Shown here: positions 44,965-55,200 of the stretch, one piece after another | Layout: every line of letters begins with the position of its first letter | How positions within the stretch are numbered: the stretch's first letter is position 1 | Source of the DNA: an uncultured Sporobacter sp. | GTDB lineage: Bacteria > Bacillota > Clostridia > Oscillospirales > Oscillospiraceae | NCBI GenBank assembly: GCA_963663605.2 | Contig: CAXXVF010000002.1 | Span: forward strand, 401,582-465,581 | Direction of reading: 5' to 3' | Length of the DNA stretch: 64,000 nucleotides | Program-made: the position numbers and the translations under genes | Notes under the pieces: generated by a model | Told to the model about the DNA's origin: nothing | Database searches by the model: none | The model's input: only the letters and a program-made list of their open reading frames with translations

Positions 44965-45570
44965 ATGAAACTGAAAAAATGGGAGCTGGCGCTCATTGCG
45001 GCGCTGGTGATCACGTTCATAATAGGCGCAGGCCTGAAAAAAGAGCAGTCGGATCTTTCCGAAAAGCTCATCCGCCTGCATGTCGTAGCCAACTCGGATT
45101 CGGAGGAAGACCAGGCCCTCAAGCTGAAAGTGCGCGATGCGGTCACGGAAGATGTCGCAGGTCTCCTGGACGGCGTTACAAAGCGCGCCGAGGCCGTCCG
45201 GCTGATCGAGGAAAATCTGGACGAAATAACGGCGGCCGCGCGGGAAACCGTTATTAAAAACGGCTGTGATTTTGACGTAGCGGCAGCGGTTGGGGAGGAG
45301 ACGTTCCCGACACGGGACTATGAAACGTTTTCGCTGCCGGCCGGAGAATATACGTCGCTGCGCGTCGTGATCGGGTCGGGTTCGGGGCAAAACTGGTGGT
45401 GCGTCATATTCCCACCGCTTTGCGTTTCGGCGGCGACGGACGCCGGGGAGGCGTTAAGCGGGCTGACGGACGAGGAGATCCGTTTGATTACGGAGGAAGG
45501 GCCGGAGTACGTACTCAAATTCAAGGCCATCGAGCTGATCGAAAAACTGAAGGAACGCCTCGGCCTGTAA
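44965..45570 (+). CDS. spoIIR: Stage II sporulation protein R
   Basis: Signal anchor, then LIRLHVVANSDSEEDQALKLKVRDAV and NWWCVIFPPLC. Confidence 0.85.
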   Translation: MKLKKWELALIAALVITFIIGAGLKKEQSDLSEKLIRLHVVANSDSEEDQALKLKVRDAVTEDVAGLLDGVTKRAEAVRLIEENLDEITAAARETVIKNGCDFDVAAAVGEETFPTRDYETFSLPAGEYTSLRVVIGSGSGQNWWCVIFPPLCVSAATDAGEALSGLTDEEIRLITEEGPEYVLKFKAIELIEKLKERLGL

Positions 45571-45592
45571 AAAAATCGCTGATATAATGTTA

Positions 45593-45632
45593 AACGAAGA
45601 CCCTGTGCTTTTGCATGGTGTCTTCGTTTTTG
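45593..45632 (+). terminator. Intrinsic terminator after spoIIR
   Basis: AACGAAGACCCTGTGC-TTTT-GCATGGTGTCTTCG followed by TTTTTG. Confidence 0.65.
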
Positions 45633-45754
45633 TCTGCGCGGTTAAAAAATATTGTTGCCCTTGCCGCGCATTTGTTGTATTATATAGTTCCATACAACCA
45701 TATTATGGAGATCGGTAAATGTTCATATTTCGCTAAACGAAAGGAATGATCATT

Positions 45755-46375
45755 ATGAAGGTGCTGCTTATAAACGGAAGCCCGCACAAGGAGGGCTGCA
45801 CGTTCACCGCCCTCAGCGAGGTAGCGGGCGCGCTGGAGAACAACGGTATTCAAACGCAGATATTCCATATCGGGAGCAAACCGGTTATGGGATGCACGGG
45901 CTGCAATAAATGCAAGGACTTAAAACGCTGTATATACGACAATGACATATGCAATGAAATGGCTGAACTGGCCGTCCGCGCCGACGGCCTCGTCATCGGG
46001 ACGCCGGTTTACTTCGCCGGCGCAGCCGGAGCGCTGTGCGCGCTTTTGGACCGGATGTTCTTTTCGGTCGGACAGCAGCTGTTACATAAGCCGGCCGCGG
46101 CCGTCGTCAGCTGCCGCAGAGGCGGCGCCAGCGCCGCGTTCGACCGTATCAACAAGTATTTCACGATCAGGCAAATGCCGATCGTTGCTTCACAGTATTG
46201 GAATTCTGTGCATGGCTTCGTGCCGGAGCATGTGAAAAAAGACCTGGAAGGGCTGCAGACGATGCGCACGCTCGGCAACAATATGGCGTGGCTGCTCAAG
46301 TCCGTCGAGGCCGGAGACGGTCCGGTGCCGCTCGATGAGCCGCCGCGCGTCACCAGTTTTCACGACGGTAAATAA
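45755..46375 (+). CDS. Flavodoxin-like fold NAD(P)H-dependent FMN reductase / iron-sulfur flavoprotein-like
   Basis: MKVLLINGSPHKEG, a Cys cluster CTGCNKCKDLKRC, and GTPVYFAG. Confidence 0.75.
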   Translation: MKVLLINGSPHKEGCTFTALSEVAGALENNGIQTQIFHIGSKPVMGCTGCNKCKDLKRCIYDNDICNEMAELAVRADGLVIGTPVYFAGAAGALCALLDRMFFSVGQQLLHKPAAAVVSCRRGGASAAFDRINKYFTIRQMPIVASQYWNSVHGFVPEHVKKDLEGLQTMRTLGNNMAWLLKSVEAGDGPVPLDEPPRVTSFHDGK

Positions 46376-46416
46376 AATTGACGGGGAGCATTAATGCTCC
46401 CCGTTGTTTGTTTTTA
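46373..46416. terminator. Bidirectional terminator
   Basis: CGGGGAGCA-TTAA-TGCTCCCCG is flanked by AAAATTGA and TTGTTTGTTTTT. Confidence 0.65.
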
Positions 46417-46428
46417 ACAAATAATTAT

Positions 46429-47757
46429 TTACCAGGATGTGCCGTAATCCGGCCGCGCGTCGTAGTCAAAGACGCGCGTGGCGTCGTAGAATTTTAAATA
46501 CCGGTTGAGCTCATACCGCAGTGTGTCGCCGTCGGCATGCATCCGGTCGCAGATAACGGCGCAGATGTCCTTTTTGATTTTGGAATAAGACTCGATGCCG
46601 ACGGAGGCGAAAACGCGGAAGCCCTTGCTCTGGAGATATTTGAATACCGCGCCGGTCTGCAGCACGTCGTCCCCGTCGGGCCGCGCGCCGAAGGGGTAGA
46701 TCATCAGCTTCGTCGAACCGACGAGCGAGCCGACCTCGTTAAGCCAGCGGAGCGTGTCCTCCTTGACGAGCTTCATGCCGGAGGAGGATAAGCTGATGTG
46801 TCCCCAGGTGTGACTTCCAAAGTACCAGCCTGTCTCCTTGAGCATGGCAACGATCGGTTTGACGGCTTCGATCTCCTTTTGGCGCGCCTCTTCCATTTCC
46901 GCCGTCATGCCATGGGTGTCCGTCATGGTCCTGTAGCCGAGGATGCCCTCATAACCGGTCAGGCACAGACAGCCCTTTACGCCGTTTAAAGAGAAGTCGG
47001 GGTGTTCCTTGACAAATTTATCGAGGATCGTTATTGCGTCGAGGTCCTGAGAGTATACCTCGTTTCCGTCCGGATCCAGCCCGTAGCTCCAAAGCTCGCC
47101 GTCTTTGATGACGAGCTTATAGGGAAATCCGTTCTCAATCATGTAATTGTAATAGTTAGTGTCGTCAAAAGAAAGGATGAGCGGCTTTTTACCCTCGGGG
47201 ATCTTCAGCGTGTTCCGCACCATGAGGGGAGCGCCGTCGTCCCCGACGGTCTCCGTCCAGACGTCGTTCATATCGACAAGGATATAGCCTTTATCGTACA
47301 TGCTCTGGAGCATCAGGTTATACTCACTGACGGTCACCATGTAAGAATCAAGCCCCTGGGCCTTGGCGTCTCCGTCGAAAGCGAGCTCCGTATATGCGAT
47401 GACCGGATGGAAGAACAGATGCTCGACGATGCCGTCGTAATCAACAAGGTTCACGGCCGCGACCGACGGCTCGGCGGATGCCTCCGGTATCGAGACAGAC
47501 GGACTGGCCGGCGCATCCGAAGCGGGCGTGTCCGACGGCGAAGCGGAAGGCGCTTGGGAAGGCGATGCCGGCGGCGTTGCAGATACGGCCTCCGGCGGCG
47601 TTTCTGCAGAGGGTTCCGTCTGCGACGGCGCGGGCGACCCGTCGGCTGCAGCGGCGTATTGGACTTCAATGCCGCATCCGCACAGGCCCGCCGTCAGGGT
47701 CAATATTAAAAGCAACGGTAAAAACCGCTTTCGTAAAATAAACATGATTACACCCAA
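46429..47757 (-). CDS. Polysaccharide deacetylase (NodB-type) family lipoprotein
   Basis: Lipobox LTAGLCGC and a Pro/Ser/Ala-rich linker. LILSFDDTNYY and GSHTWGH are NodB metal-binding motifs. Confidence 0.7.
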   Translation of the reverse strand: MGVIMFILRKRFLPLLLILTLTAGLCGCGIEVQYAAAADGSPAPSQTEPSAETPPEAVSATPPASPSQAPSASPSDTPASDAPASPSVSIPEASAEPSVAAVNLVDYDGIVEHLFFHPVIAYTELAFDGDAKAQGLDSYMVTVSEYNLMLQSMYDKGYILVDMNDVWTETVGDDGAPLMVRNTLKIPEGKKPLILSFDDTNYYNYMIENGFPYKLVIKDGELWSYGLDPDGNEVYSQDLDAITILDKFVKEHPDFSLNGVKGCLCLTGYEGILGYRTMTDTHGMTAEMEEARQKEIEAVKPIVAMLKETGWYFGSHTWGHISLSSSGMKLVKEDTLRWLNEVGSLVGSTKLMIYPFGARPDGDDVLQTGAVFKYLQSKGFRVFASVGIESYSKIKKDICAVICDRMHADGDTLRYELNRYLKFYDATRVFDYDARPDYGTSW

Positions 47758-47949
47758 ATCATTAAAAAATCATTTATTAAGTATAATATACTATAATTCG
47801 ATAAAATTCTCAATTTGTTTACAAATTATATCATGAAATTATTTTTTTCGACAATTTTTATGCATAAGTGGATATGTATACAAATGTTACGGACAAAAAC
47901 GGCATAACTCTGTTATAATGAATATAAAAAACGCATATGAGGTAGTGAT

Positions 47950-50900
47950 ATGCTGACGCTTGTTTTAGGGCGGGCCCTGACCGGCAAAACGCGCTGGGCG
48001 ACGGACGACTTCGCGCGGCGAGCCGAAAACGGAGAAAAAAATCTGTATTATATCGTTCCCGAACAGTATTCGCATGACGCGGAGCGTCAGCTTTTAAAAA
48101 CCTGTTCGGACGCGCTGAGCCTCCACGGGGAGGTTTTAAGCTTTTCCCGCCTTGCCAGCCGGGTCTTTGCCGAAACCGGCGTTCCGGCGTCAAAAACGCT
48201 CGACAGAGGCGGCAGGATCCTTTACATGAACCGGGCTGTCGACGCCGTGACGGACAAACTGGCGATGTACGGCGGCTCGGAGCGAAAAGCGAACTTTCTG
48301 GAAATGCTGGCCGAGGCGGCCAGTGAGTTTAAAAGCGCCTGCGTCACGCCGGACGACCTCTGGCGCGCGTCCCGGTCGGCCCCAAGCCCGCTTCGGGAAA
48401 AGCTCAGGGACCTGTCGCTCATCACCGGCGCGTACGACAGCTTTTTCGGAGACGACACAGCCGATCCGGACGACCGGCTCGGCCATCTGGCGCAAGTTTT
48501 GACGAAAAGCACGATGTTTTGTTCGGGACGCGTTTATTTTGACGGATTTACGGACTTCACGGCGCAGGAGTCGGCCGTCGTCGAAACACTCATCGGCATG
48601 GGCGTCGATATGACCGTATGCCTGACCTGCGACGGAACGGACGGGACGGAGGAACATTTTGAGCCGTCGCGGAAAACGGCGCTGCGCCTGCTGCGCGCAT
48701 CGTCCGAGTGCGGCGTGCCGTCGGAGGTCATAGAAAAGACGGCGCAGTCCGTCAGGGCGGACCAGCTGCGGTACATTGAACGCAACCTGTTCGCGGCGAG
48801 AGACGGCGCGTACGGCGGGCCGCGCGGAGCCGTCGAGCTCTACCGCGCCGATACGCCCGCGATGGAATGCGAATACGCCGCCGCGCGCGTGCTGGCGCTC
48901 GTCCGGGACGGATACAGGTGGCGGGACATCGCCGTAGCTATGTGCGACTTCCCGTCCTACGGCCGTATGGCGGAGGATATCTTCAGTAAATACGGTATCC
49001 CGGTATTCGTCGGACAAAAGACAGAGGTCACACAGAAGCCCCCGCTCGCGCTCATCGACGGCGCGCTCGGCCTCATAACGGGCCGGTGGGACTGCGAATC
49101 GGTCTTCCGGTATCTGAAAACCGGCATGACCGGTCTGGCGCGGGAAGACTGCGACGATTTGGAAAACTACGCGCTGCTGTGGAACCTCAAAGGCGCGATC
49201 TGGACGCGGGACGAAGACTGGACGCTGCCGACGTCCGGGTATGAGCCGGATCACGGCGGCGACGGGCAGGCGCGTCTGGCGCGGTTAAACGCAGTCCGGC
49301 GGGATGCGGTCGGGCCGGTCGTTCATCTGCGGGACGCCCTTTCGGCTGCGCGTACATACGGCGGGAAGCTGCGCGCGCTGTACCGCTTCACGGAGGAGAT
49401 CGGGCTGCCCGGACGGCTTGCTCAAAAGGAAGCGGCGCTCCGAAAAAGCGGCGAGATCCAGCTGGCCGACGAATACCGGCAGCTGTGGGACGTTCTCGTC
49501 CGGGCTTTTGACCAGTTTTACGAAATATTGGGCGACGTCACGGGCTCGAACGCCGAATTTGCGCGGCTTTGGAAGCTCCTGACGTCGCAATATGACATTG
49601 CCTCCATACCGGTTGCTTTGGACCGGGTCAGTCTGGGGGAACTGTCCAGACAGCGCCGTCGGAATTTGAAATGCCTAATCGTCATTGGAGCGACCGACGA
49701 CGTGATGCCAAAAACGGGCGGCGGCGGCAGCCTGCTGTCCGACGGTGAACGGCGCGAGGCGCAAAAATACGGCATCCGGCTCCCCGGCGGCGCGGAAGAG
49801 CGCTTGTACAGGGAACTGGGCGCGGTCTATTCAACGCTGACGCTGCCGTCGGACAAGCTCGTCGTATCCTGGTACGCGGGCGGCAGCGGCGGCGAAAAAC
49901 GCCCGTCCTTTGTCGTACGGCGCCTGTCGGAGATGTTCGGGATAACGGAAGAAAACGACGTTGCGGCGGACTTTCGCGTCAACGCGCGGGGTCCGTGCTT
50001 TGAACTGGCCGCATCTTACTTGGCGCACGGCGGGAGCACGGCGGCAGCGGCTGCCGCGCACTGGTTCAGGGAAGAGCCGCAAACGGATGAAAAGCTGCGG
50101 CGCATCGCAGAAGCAGCCGACCTGTCGCGCGGGAGACTGTCCGCCGATAAGGCGTCGCGGCTATACGGCAGCGCGCTTGTCATGTCGGCCTCGCGCGTGG
50201 ATACGTTTTACGCTTGCCGGTTTTTGTATTTCCTTCAGTACGGTCTCGCCGCCAAACCAAGACGGCCCGCGGGGTTCGACGCGCCGACGGCGGGCACGTT
50301 CATGCATTACGTTCTGGAAAACGTGACGCGCGAAATTAAGGAAAGCGGCGGGTTCGCCGGCATAGACGACGAGACGTGCCGGCATCTGACTGAAAAATAC
50401 GCGGACCGGTACGCCGAGGACGTCCTGCAGTCGTTTGCCGACAAGTCGAGCCGGTTTATATACCTCTTCAACCGTCTGAAAAAGGACGCGGCCTTCATCG
50501 CAATCGACATGGTCGGCGAGCTGCGGGATTCCGACTTCGCCCCGCTTGATTTTGAGCTGGCGTTTTCGGATGACGGCGACATACCGCCGCGTGTTATAGA
50601 CGGCGAAGAAACGCGCCTGAAGATAAAAGGCTTTATTGACCGGCTGGACGGCTGGGAGCATGACGGCAGGCTCTACGTCCGCGTCGTAGACTATAAGACG
50701 GGCAGGAAGAAATTCAGCCTGTCGGACGTCTGTTACGGCATGAACATGCAGATGCTCATTTACCTGTTCGCGCTACGGGAAAACGGCGGCGGGCGGTACG
50801 GCAAAGAAATCGTGCCTGCGGGCGTTTTGTACGCGCCTGCGCGCGAGGAAATCCTGCAGGCGCCGAGAAACGCAGACGACGCGGAGCTGGAGCTTCAGCG

Positions 50901-51285
50901 CGCCAAAAAACTCCGTCGCAGCGGCCTGCTGCTCGGCGAGCAAAGCGTTGTGAATGCGATGGAGCACGCAGGTGAAAAAAAATACCTGCCGGTCAAAACG
51001 GCGAAGGACGGCGCGCTGTCCGGCGACGGGCTGGCCTGGGCCGGCCAGTTTGATGACCTGTCAAAGTATATAGACCGGATGCTTTTGAAGATCGCCCGGA
51101 GCGTCCGGGGCGGCAGCATTGAAGCGCGGCCGTTTTACAAAAACCGTTCGGAAACCGCCTGCTTATACTGCGATTACCGCAGCGTCTGCCATTTCAGCGA
51201 GAAAGACGGCGATACCCGCCGGTATCTGAAAAAGCTCACGAACGAAGAGTCCTGGCGGAAGATCAGGGGGGAGGCGGACGCATGA
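47950..51285 (+). CDS. addB: Helicase-exonuclease AddAB subunit AddB
   Basis: 1111 aa. Degenerate N-terminal Walker A GRALTGKT. C-terminal PD-(D/E)xK nuclease (RVVDYKTG) and Fe-S cysteines (CLYCDYRSVC). Confidence 0.9.
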   Translation: MLTLVLGRALTGKTRWATDDFARRAENGEKNLYYIVPEQYSHDAERQLLKTCSDALSLHGEVLSFSRLASRVFAETGVPASKTLDRGGRILYMNRAVDAVTDKLAMYGGSERKANFLEMLAEAASEFKSACVTPDDLWRASRSAPSPLREKLRDLSLITGAYDSFFGDDTADPDDRLGHLAQVLTKSTMFCSGRVYFDGFTDFTAQESAVVETLIGMGVDMTVCLTCDGTDGTEEHFEPSRKTALRLLRASSECGVPSEVIEKTAQSVRADQLRYIERNLFAARDGAYGGPRGAVELYRADTPAMECEYAAARVLALVRDGYRWRDIAVAMCDFPSYGRMAEDIFSKYGIPVFVGQKTEVTQKPPLALIDGALGLITGRWDCESVFRYLKTGMTGLAREDCDDLENYALLWNLKGAIWTRDEDWTLPTSGYEPDHGGDGQARLARLNAVRRDAVGPVVHLRDALSAARTYGGKLRALYRFTEEIGLPGRLAQKEAALRKSGEIQLADEYRQLWDVLVRAFDQFYEILGDVTGSNAEFARLWKLLTSQYDIASIPVALDRVSLGELSRQRRRNLKCLIVIGATDDVMPKTGGGGSLLSDGERREAQKYGIRLPGGAEERLYRELGAVYSTLTLPSDKLVVSWYAGGSGGEKRPSFVVRRLSEMFGITEENDVAADFRVNARGPCFELAASYLAHGGSTAAAAAAHWFREEPQTDEKLRRIAEAADLSRGRLSADKASRLYGSALVMSASRVDTFYACRFLYFLQYGLAAKPRRPAGFDAPTAGTFMHYVLENVTREIKESGGFAGIDDETCRHLTEKYADRYAEDVLQSFADKSSRFIYLFNRLKKDAAFIAIDMVGELRDSDFAPLDFELAFSDDGDIPPRVIDGEETRLKIKGFIDRLDGWEHDGRLYVRVVDYKTGRKKFSLSDVCYGMNMQMLIYLFALRENGGGRYGKEIVPAGVLYAPAREEILQAPRNADDAELELQRAKKLRRSGLLLGEQSVVNAMEHAGEKKYLPVKTAKDGALSGDGLAWAGQFDDLSKYIDRMLLKIARSVRGGSIEARPFYKNRSETACLYCDYRSVCHFSEKDGDTRRYLKKLTNEESWRKIRGEADA

Positions 51286-54200
51286 GCGAAAATATCAGAT
51301 TTACGCCGGAACAGACGGCGGCCATAGAAACTCGCGGCGGGCCGCTTCTCATTTCGGCCGCCGCCGGTTCAGGCAAGACTAAGGTGCTCGTCAGCCGGCT
51401 TATGCGCTTTATAACGGATGAAGACTTACCGTGCGATATCGGCGACTTTCTGGTCATAACGTATACGCGTGCTGCCGCCGCTGAACTGAAATCCAAAATA
51501 CGCGACGAAATATCAAAGCGGCTGTCCGCGCAGCCGGACAACCGGCATCTGCGCCGGCAGTCTGCGCTTGTCTACGCCGCGCCGATCGGCACCATCCACA
51601 GCTTTTGTACGGAGCTTCTGCGCGAAAACGCCCATCTGGCGGATATCCCGCCGGATTTCCGCGTCGCCGACGAAAACGAGTGTCGGCTTATTAAATCGAG
51701 CGTGCTCGAAGAGGTGCTCGAAGCGCGCTATGAAACGATAGCGGACGCGCCGGGATTCAAGCTTTTAGTCGATACGCTCTCGGCCGGGCGGGACGACAGC
51801 AGACTCGTCGAAGTCGTCCTGGACGCGCACACGAAGCTCAAAAGCCACGCGGACCCCAAAGGCTGGGTGAATGCGCAGATAAAGCAGCTGCGTCTGCCGA
51901 ACGCGGCGGACGCGTCCAAAACGCTTTGGGGCGGCTATCTGATGGCGGATGCCCGGGATAAAGCGCTGTACTGGCGCGGTGTTTTAATGCGGCTGCTGGC
52001 GGAAGCGGAGAGTTATGACGATTTTATAAAAGCCTACGGCGGCAGTATCGGCGCGACGGTGGACAGCATCGATGCGTTTGTAAGCGCTCTGTGCATAAGC
52101 TGGGACGCAGCGCGCGCGCATGCGTCGATTTCGTTCCCCAGGGCAAAAAGCGTCAAGGGGTATGACGTGCTCAAGGCCGTGCGCACAAGATGCCGTGACG
52201 CGCTCAAAAAGCTCGCGGACGTGTTCGCGTGTGCGTCGGCGGAGCTTTTTGAGGACATGGATGCGGTGCGTCCGGCGGCCGAAGAGCTTCTGGCGCTTGT
52301 CCTGGATTTTGACTGCGCCTATGCCGAAGAGAAAAAGAAGCGCGCGCTCATAGACTTTTCCGATCAGGAGCACATGACGGCGCGCCTGCTCGCCGATCCC
52401 GTGACCGGCGGCCCGACGACGCTGGCGGGGGCCGTGTCGTCGAGGTATAAGGAAATACTCATTGATGAGTATCAGGACGTCAACGCCATACAGGAGCGGA
52501 TATTCCAGGCGGTATCGCGCGGCGGGAAGAACGTTTTCATGGTCGGCGACGTCAAGCAGTCCGTCTACCGCTTCCGGCTGGCCGACCCTACTATCTTCCT
52601 CGGGAAGTATAAAAGCTTTTCGGATATGGACTTGGACGATACGGGTACGGGACGGCGCATCTTCATGTCGGCCAATTTCCGCTCGAGAAACGGTATACTG
52701 GACGCTGTGAACTTCGTTTTCAAAAACGTCATGTCCGAGTCGTTCGGCGAGATGGATTATACGGAAAATGAATATCTGCGTCCGGGCCGCGATGACGCGC
52801 GGTCGGCTTTACCGGCTGTCGAGCTGGACGTTCTGGATATGTGCGGCATCGAAACGGAAGACGACGCGGAGAGCCCGGAAAAAACACAGACGGAGGCCGC
52901 GTTTGTTGCCGGCAGGATAAAAGAGCTGCTCGACGGCGGACTGGAGCTCCCGGACGGGGCGGGTGGAACGCGCCTTGCGTCTTGCGGCGATTTCGCAATC
53001 CTCCTGCGTTCGGTCAAGGACAAGGCGGGCGTTTACGCCGAGGCGCTGGCAAGGCTTGATATCCCTGCCGGCATGAACGGCACGGAGGGCTTTTTCGAGT
53101 CGCTCGAGGTGTCCGTTGCGCTGTCCGTTCTCGATGTCATCGACAACCCGCGCCAGGACGTGCCGCTCATCACCGCGCTTAAAAGCCCCGTCTACGGCTT
53201 CACGGCGGACGAGCTCGCCGCGATCCGCGTTGTGGACAAACGCGGCTGTTATTACGACGCGCTCCTTAAAGCCTCGGAGACCGACGGCAAATGCAGTGCC
53301 TTTATAGACGAACTGGAAGCGCTTCGGGCAGCAGCGCCGGACATGACGACGGACCGGCTGCTGTTTTTGATCTACAACAGGACGGATATGCTCGCCGCCA
53401 TGGGCGCCCTGCGCGACGGGGAAAAGCGGCGGGAAAACCTCATGAAGCTCATTGAGCTCGCGGCGCGGTACGAGGCAAACGGCTTGAAAGGCCTGTTCGG
53501 CTTCATGCGCTTCGTCCGGCGGCTCATAGAAAACGGCGACGAGCCGTTTGAGACCGGCGAAGCATCGTCCGGCGACGCGGTTAAAATCATGAGCATACAT
53601 AAATCCAAGGGACTGGAATTTCCCGTTGTCGTCTTAGCCGACACGGCCAAGCAGTTCAATAGGACGGATACGAAGAAGCCGCTTTTGATGCACGCGCACT
53701 TCGGCGTCGGGCTCAAGCGGACGGATCTGCAGCGGCGCATAACGTATACGACGCTGCCGCGCATGGCGGTGGCCAAAAAACTCGCCGACGAGCTTGCGGC
53801 CGAGGAGCTGCGCGTTCTGTACGTCGCGATGACGCGGGCGCGCGAAAAGCTGATCCTCGTGTCGACCTTCAAAGACGCCCGGCGCGAACTGGATAAGTTT
53901 TCCCGTAATGCGGCCGCGCCCGCCGCGCCGCAGGTGCTGGAAAGCCTGAACTGCTTTGCGGGTTATATCTTAACGCCGGTGCTGACGCGGCCGGAGGCCG
54001 CGTGCCTGCGGTCGGACGGTGTGCCGGTCATTGAAACGGACGATGCAAAATGGGATATCCGGCTCATAGCGGCGGAAAAACCGGAAGGCGTTCGGAAAGC
54101 AAAACCGGAAGCGCGTCCCGGTCACGCAGATGCGGCGCAATCGGACATTGACGCGCTCAAAGAAAAGCTCAGCTTCACATACCCGTTTCAAAATTCACAG

Positions 54201-54866
54201 AATCTGCCGTCGAAGCTTACGGCAACAGAACTCAAGGGGCGATACACGGATTACGAGGCGGCGGAGGAAGCACAGACGCCGGATTATTCAAAAGGCGGCG
54301 ACAGGCCGTATGACCGTCCCGTATTTATCACGGAAAAGACGCGCCTGACGGCAACGGAGCGCGGGACGGCGCTGCATCTGGCCATGCAGTTTATAGACTA
54401 TGACGCCTGTACGGACATCGAGCGCGTAAAAAACCAGCTGCAGCTGCTGAAAAAAAGAAACTACATAACCCAGCAGCAGCTTGCGGCCATTGATCCCGGG
54501 AAGATCGTGACGTTTTTCAATTCAAAGCTGGGGCGAAGCGTGAAAAACGCCGTGAAGCTGTATCGCGAATTCAAGTTTTCACTGCTTGTGAGAGCCGGGG
54601 ATTATTTTAAGGGCGGGGGAGACGACGAGATACTGTTTCAGGGTGTCATCGACTGCTGCTTCGAGGAAGACGGACAGCTCCACATCATTGATTTCAAAAC
54701 GGACGCGGTGACAAAGGATACGCTCGAGGAGAAGAAAAAGCTTTACGCCGGGCAGATAATAGCCTACGGGCGCGCTATGACACGCATCACGAACAAGCCG
54801 GTCGGGCGATTGATCCTGTACTTTTTCTCAACGGGCGACGCGGTAGAAGTCGACGGGGACATATGA
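51282..54866 (+). CDS. addA: Helicase-exonuclease AddAB subunit AddA (UvrD/Rep-type)
   Basis: AAAGSGKT, DEYQDVN and a C-terminal RecB-like nuclease (IIDFKTD). Its start overlaps the addB stop as ATGA. Confidence 0.95.
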   Translation: MSENIRFTPEQTAAIETRGGPLLISAAAGSGKTKVLVSRLMRFITDEDLPCDIGDFLVITYTRAAAAELKSKIRDEISKRLSAQPDNRHLRRQSALVYAAPIGTIHSFCTELLRENAHLADIPPDFRVADENECRLIKSSVLEEVLEARYETIADAPGFKLLVDTLSAGRDDSRLVEVVLDAHTKLKSHADPKGWVNAQIKQLRLPNAADASKTLWGGYLMADARDKALYWRGVLMRLLAEAESYDDFIKAYGGSIGATVDSIDAFVSALCISWDAARAHASISFPRAKSVKGYDVLKAVRTRCRDALKKLADVFACASAELFEDMDAVRPAAEELLALVLDFDCAYAEEKKKRALIDFSDQEHMTARLLADPVTGGPTTLAGAVSSRYKEILIDEYQDVNAIQERIFQAVSRGGKNVFMVGDVKQSVYRFRLADPTIFLGKYKSFSDMDLDDTGTGRRIFMSANFRSRNGILDAVNFVFKNVMSESFGEMDYTENEYLRPGRDDARSALPAVELDVLDMCGIETEDDAESPEKTQTEAAFVAGRIKELLDGGLELPDGAGGTRLASCGDFAILLRSVKDKAGVYAEALARLDIPAGMNGTEGFFESLEVSVALSVLDVIDNPRQDVPLITALKSPVYGFTADELAAIRVVDKRGCYYDALLKASETDGKCSAFIDELEALRAAAPDMTTDRLLFLIYNRTDMLAAMGALRDGEKRRENLMKLIELAARYEANGLKGLFGFMRFVRRLIENGDEPFETGEASSGDAVKIMSIHKSKGLEFPVVVLADTAKQFNRTDTKKPLLMHAHFGVGLKRTDLQRRITYTTLPRMAVAKKLADELAAEELRVLYVAMTRAREKLILVSTFKDARRELDKFSRNAAAPAAPQVLESLNCFAGYILTPVLTRPEAACLRSDGVPVIETDDAKWDIRLIAAEKPEGVRKAKPEARPGHADAAQSDIDALKEKLSFTYPFQNSQNLPSKLTATELKGRYTDYEAAEEAQTPDYSKGGDRPYDRPVFITEKTRLTATERGTALHLAMQFIDYDACTDIERVKNQLQLLKKRNYITQQQLAAIDPGKIVTFFNSKLGRSVKNAVKLYREFKFSLLVRAGDYFKGGGDDEILFQGVIDCCFEEDGQLHIIDFKTDAVTKDTLEEKKKLYAGQIIAYGRAMTRITNKPVGRLILYFFSTGDAVEVDGDI

Positions 54867-54955
54867 AAAATGTATATAAGTATTGCATTTTTTAATAAGC
54901 TGTGTTAGAATGCTCGTTGCGCATAAAACAAGTGAGATTGAAAGAGGTGAACATG

Positions 54956-55159
54956 ATGAAACAAGGGATCCATCCCGACTATCAGCAAACGACGATCAGG
55001 TGCGCTTGCGGTGAGGTTATTGAAACGGGAAGCACAAAGAAAGATATCAAGGTGGAAATCTGCTCGAAGTGTCACCCCTTTTATACAGGTAAGCAGAAAC
55101 TGGTAGACACCAGCGGACGCGTCGATAAGTTTAACAGAAAGTTCGGCCTGAATAAATAA
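54956..55159 (+). CDS. rpmE: 50S ribosomal protein L31 (Zn-binding type A)
   Basis: [13 protein letters not shown]...[20 protein letters not shown]. Confidence 0.95.
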   Translation: MKQGIHPDYQQTTIRCACGEVIETGSTKKDIKVEICSKCHPFYTGKQKLVDTSGRVDKFNRKFGLNK

Positions 55160-55164
55160 CTGTC

Positions 55165-55200
55165 AAAAACGCCCGCACTTCTTAGTGCGGGTTTGTTTTT
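55165..55200 (+). terminator. Intrinsic terminator after rpmE
   Basis: CCCGCAC-TTCTTA-GTGCGGG followed by TTTGTTTTT. Confidence 0.75.

Noticed and set aside
43890-45146. 418-aa minus-strand ORF, the longest of many long antisense ORFs. Others include 57212..58177, 58215..59168, 48190..49254, 41376..42224, 35693..36400, 15776..16609, 18397..19137, 8911..9636 and 47002..47709.
   Set aside because: All lie antisense to genes with unmistakable family motifs (ispE, yigZ, addB, the aminotransferase, purH, purM and others). Their products are Arg/Pro/Ala-rich and low in complexity, and they lack an RBS. This is the usual open-frame artefact of high-GC DNA.
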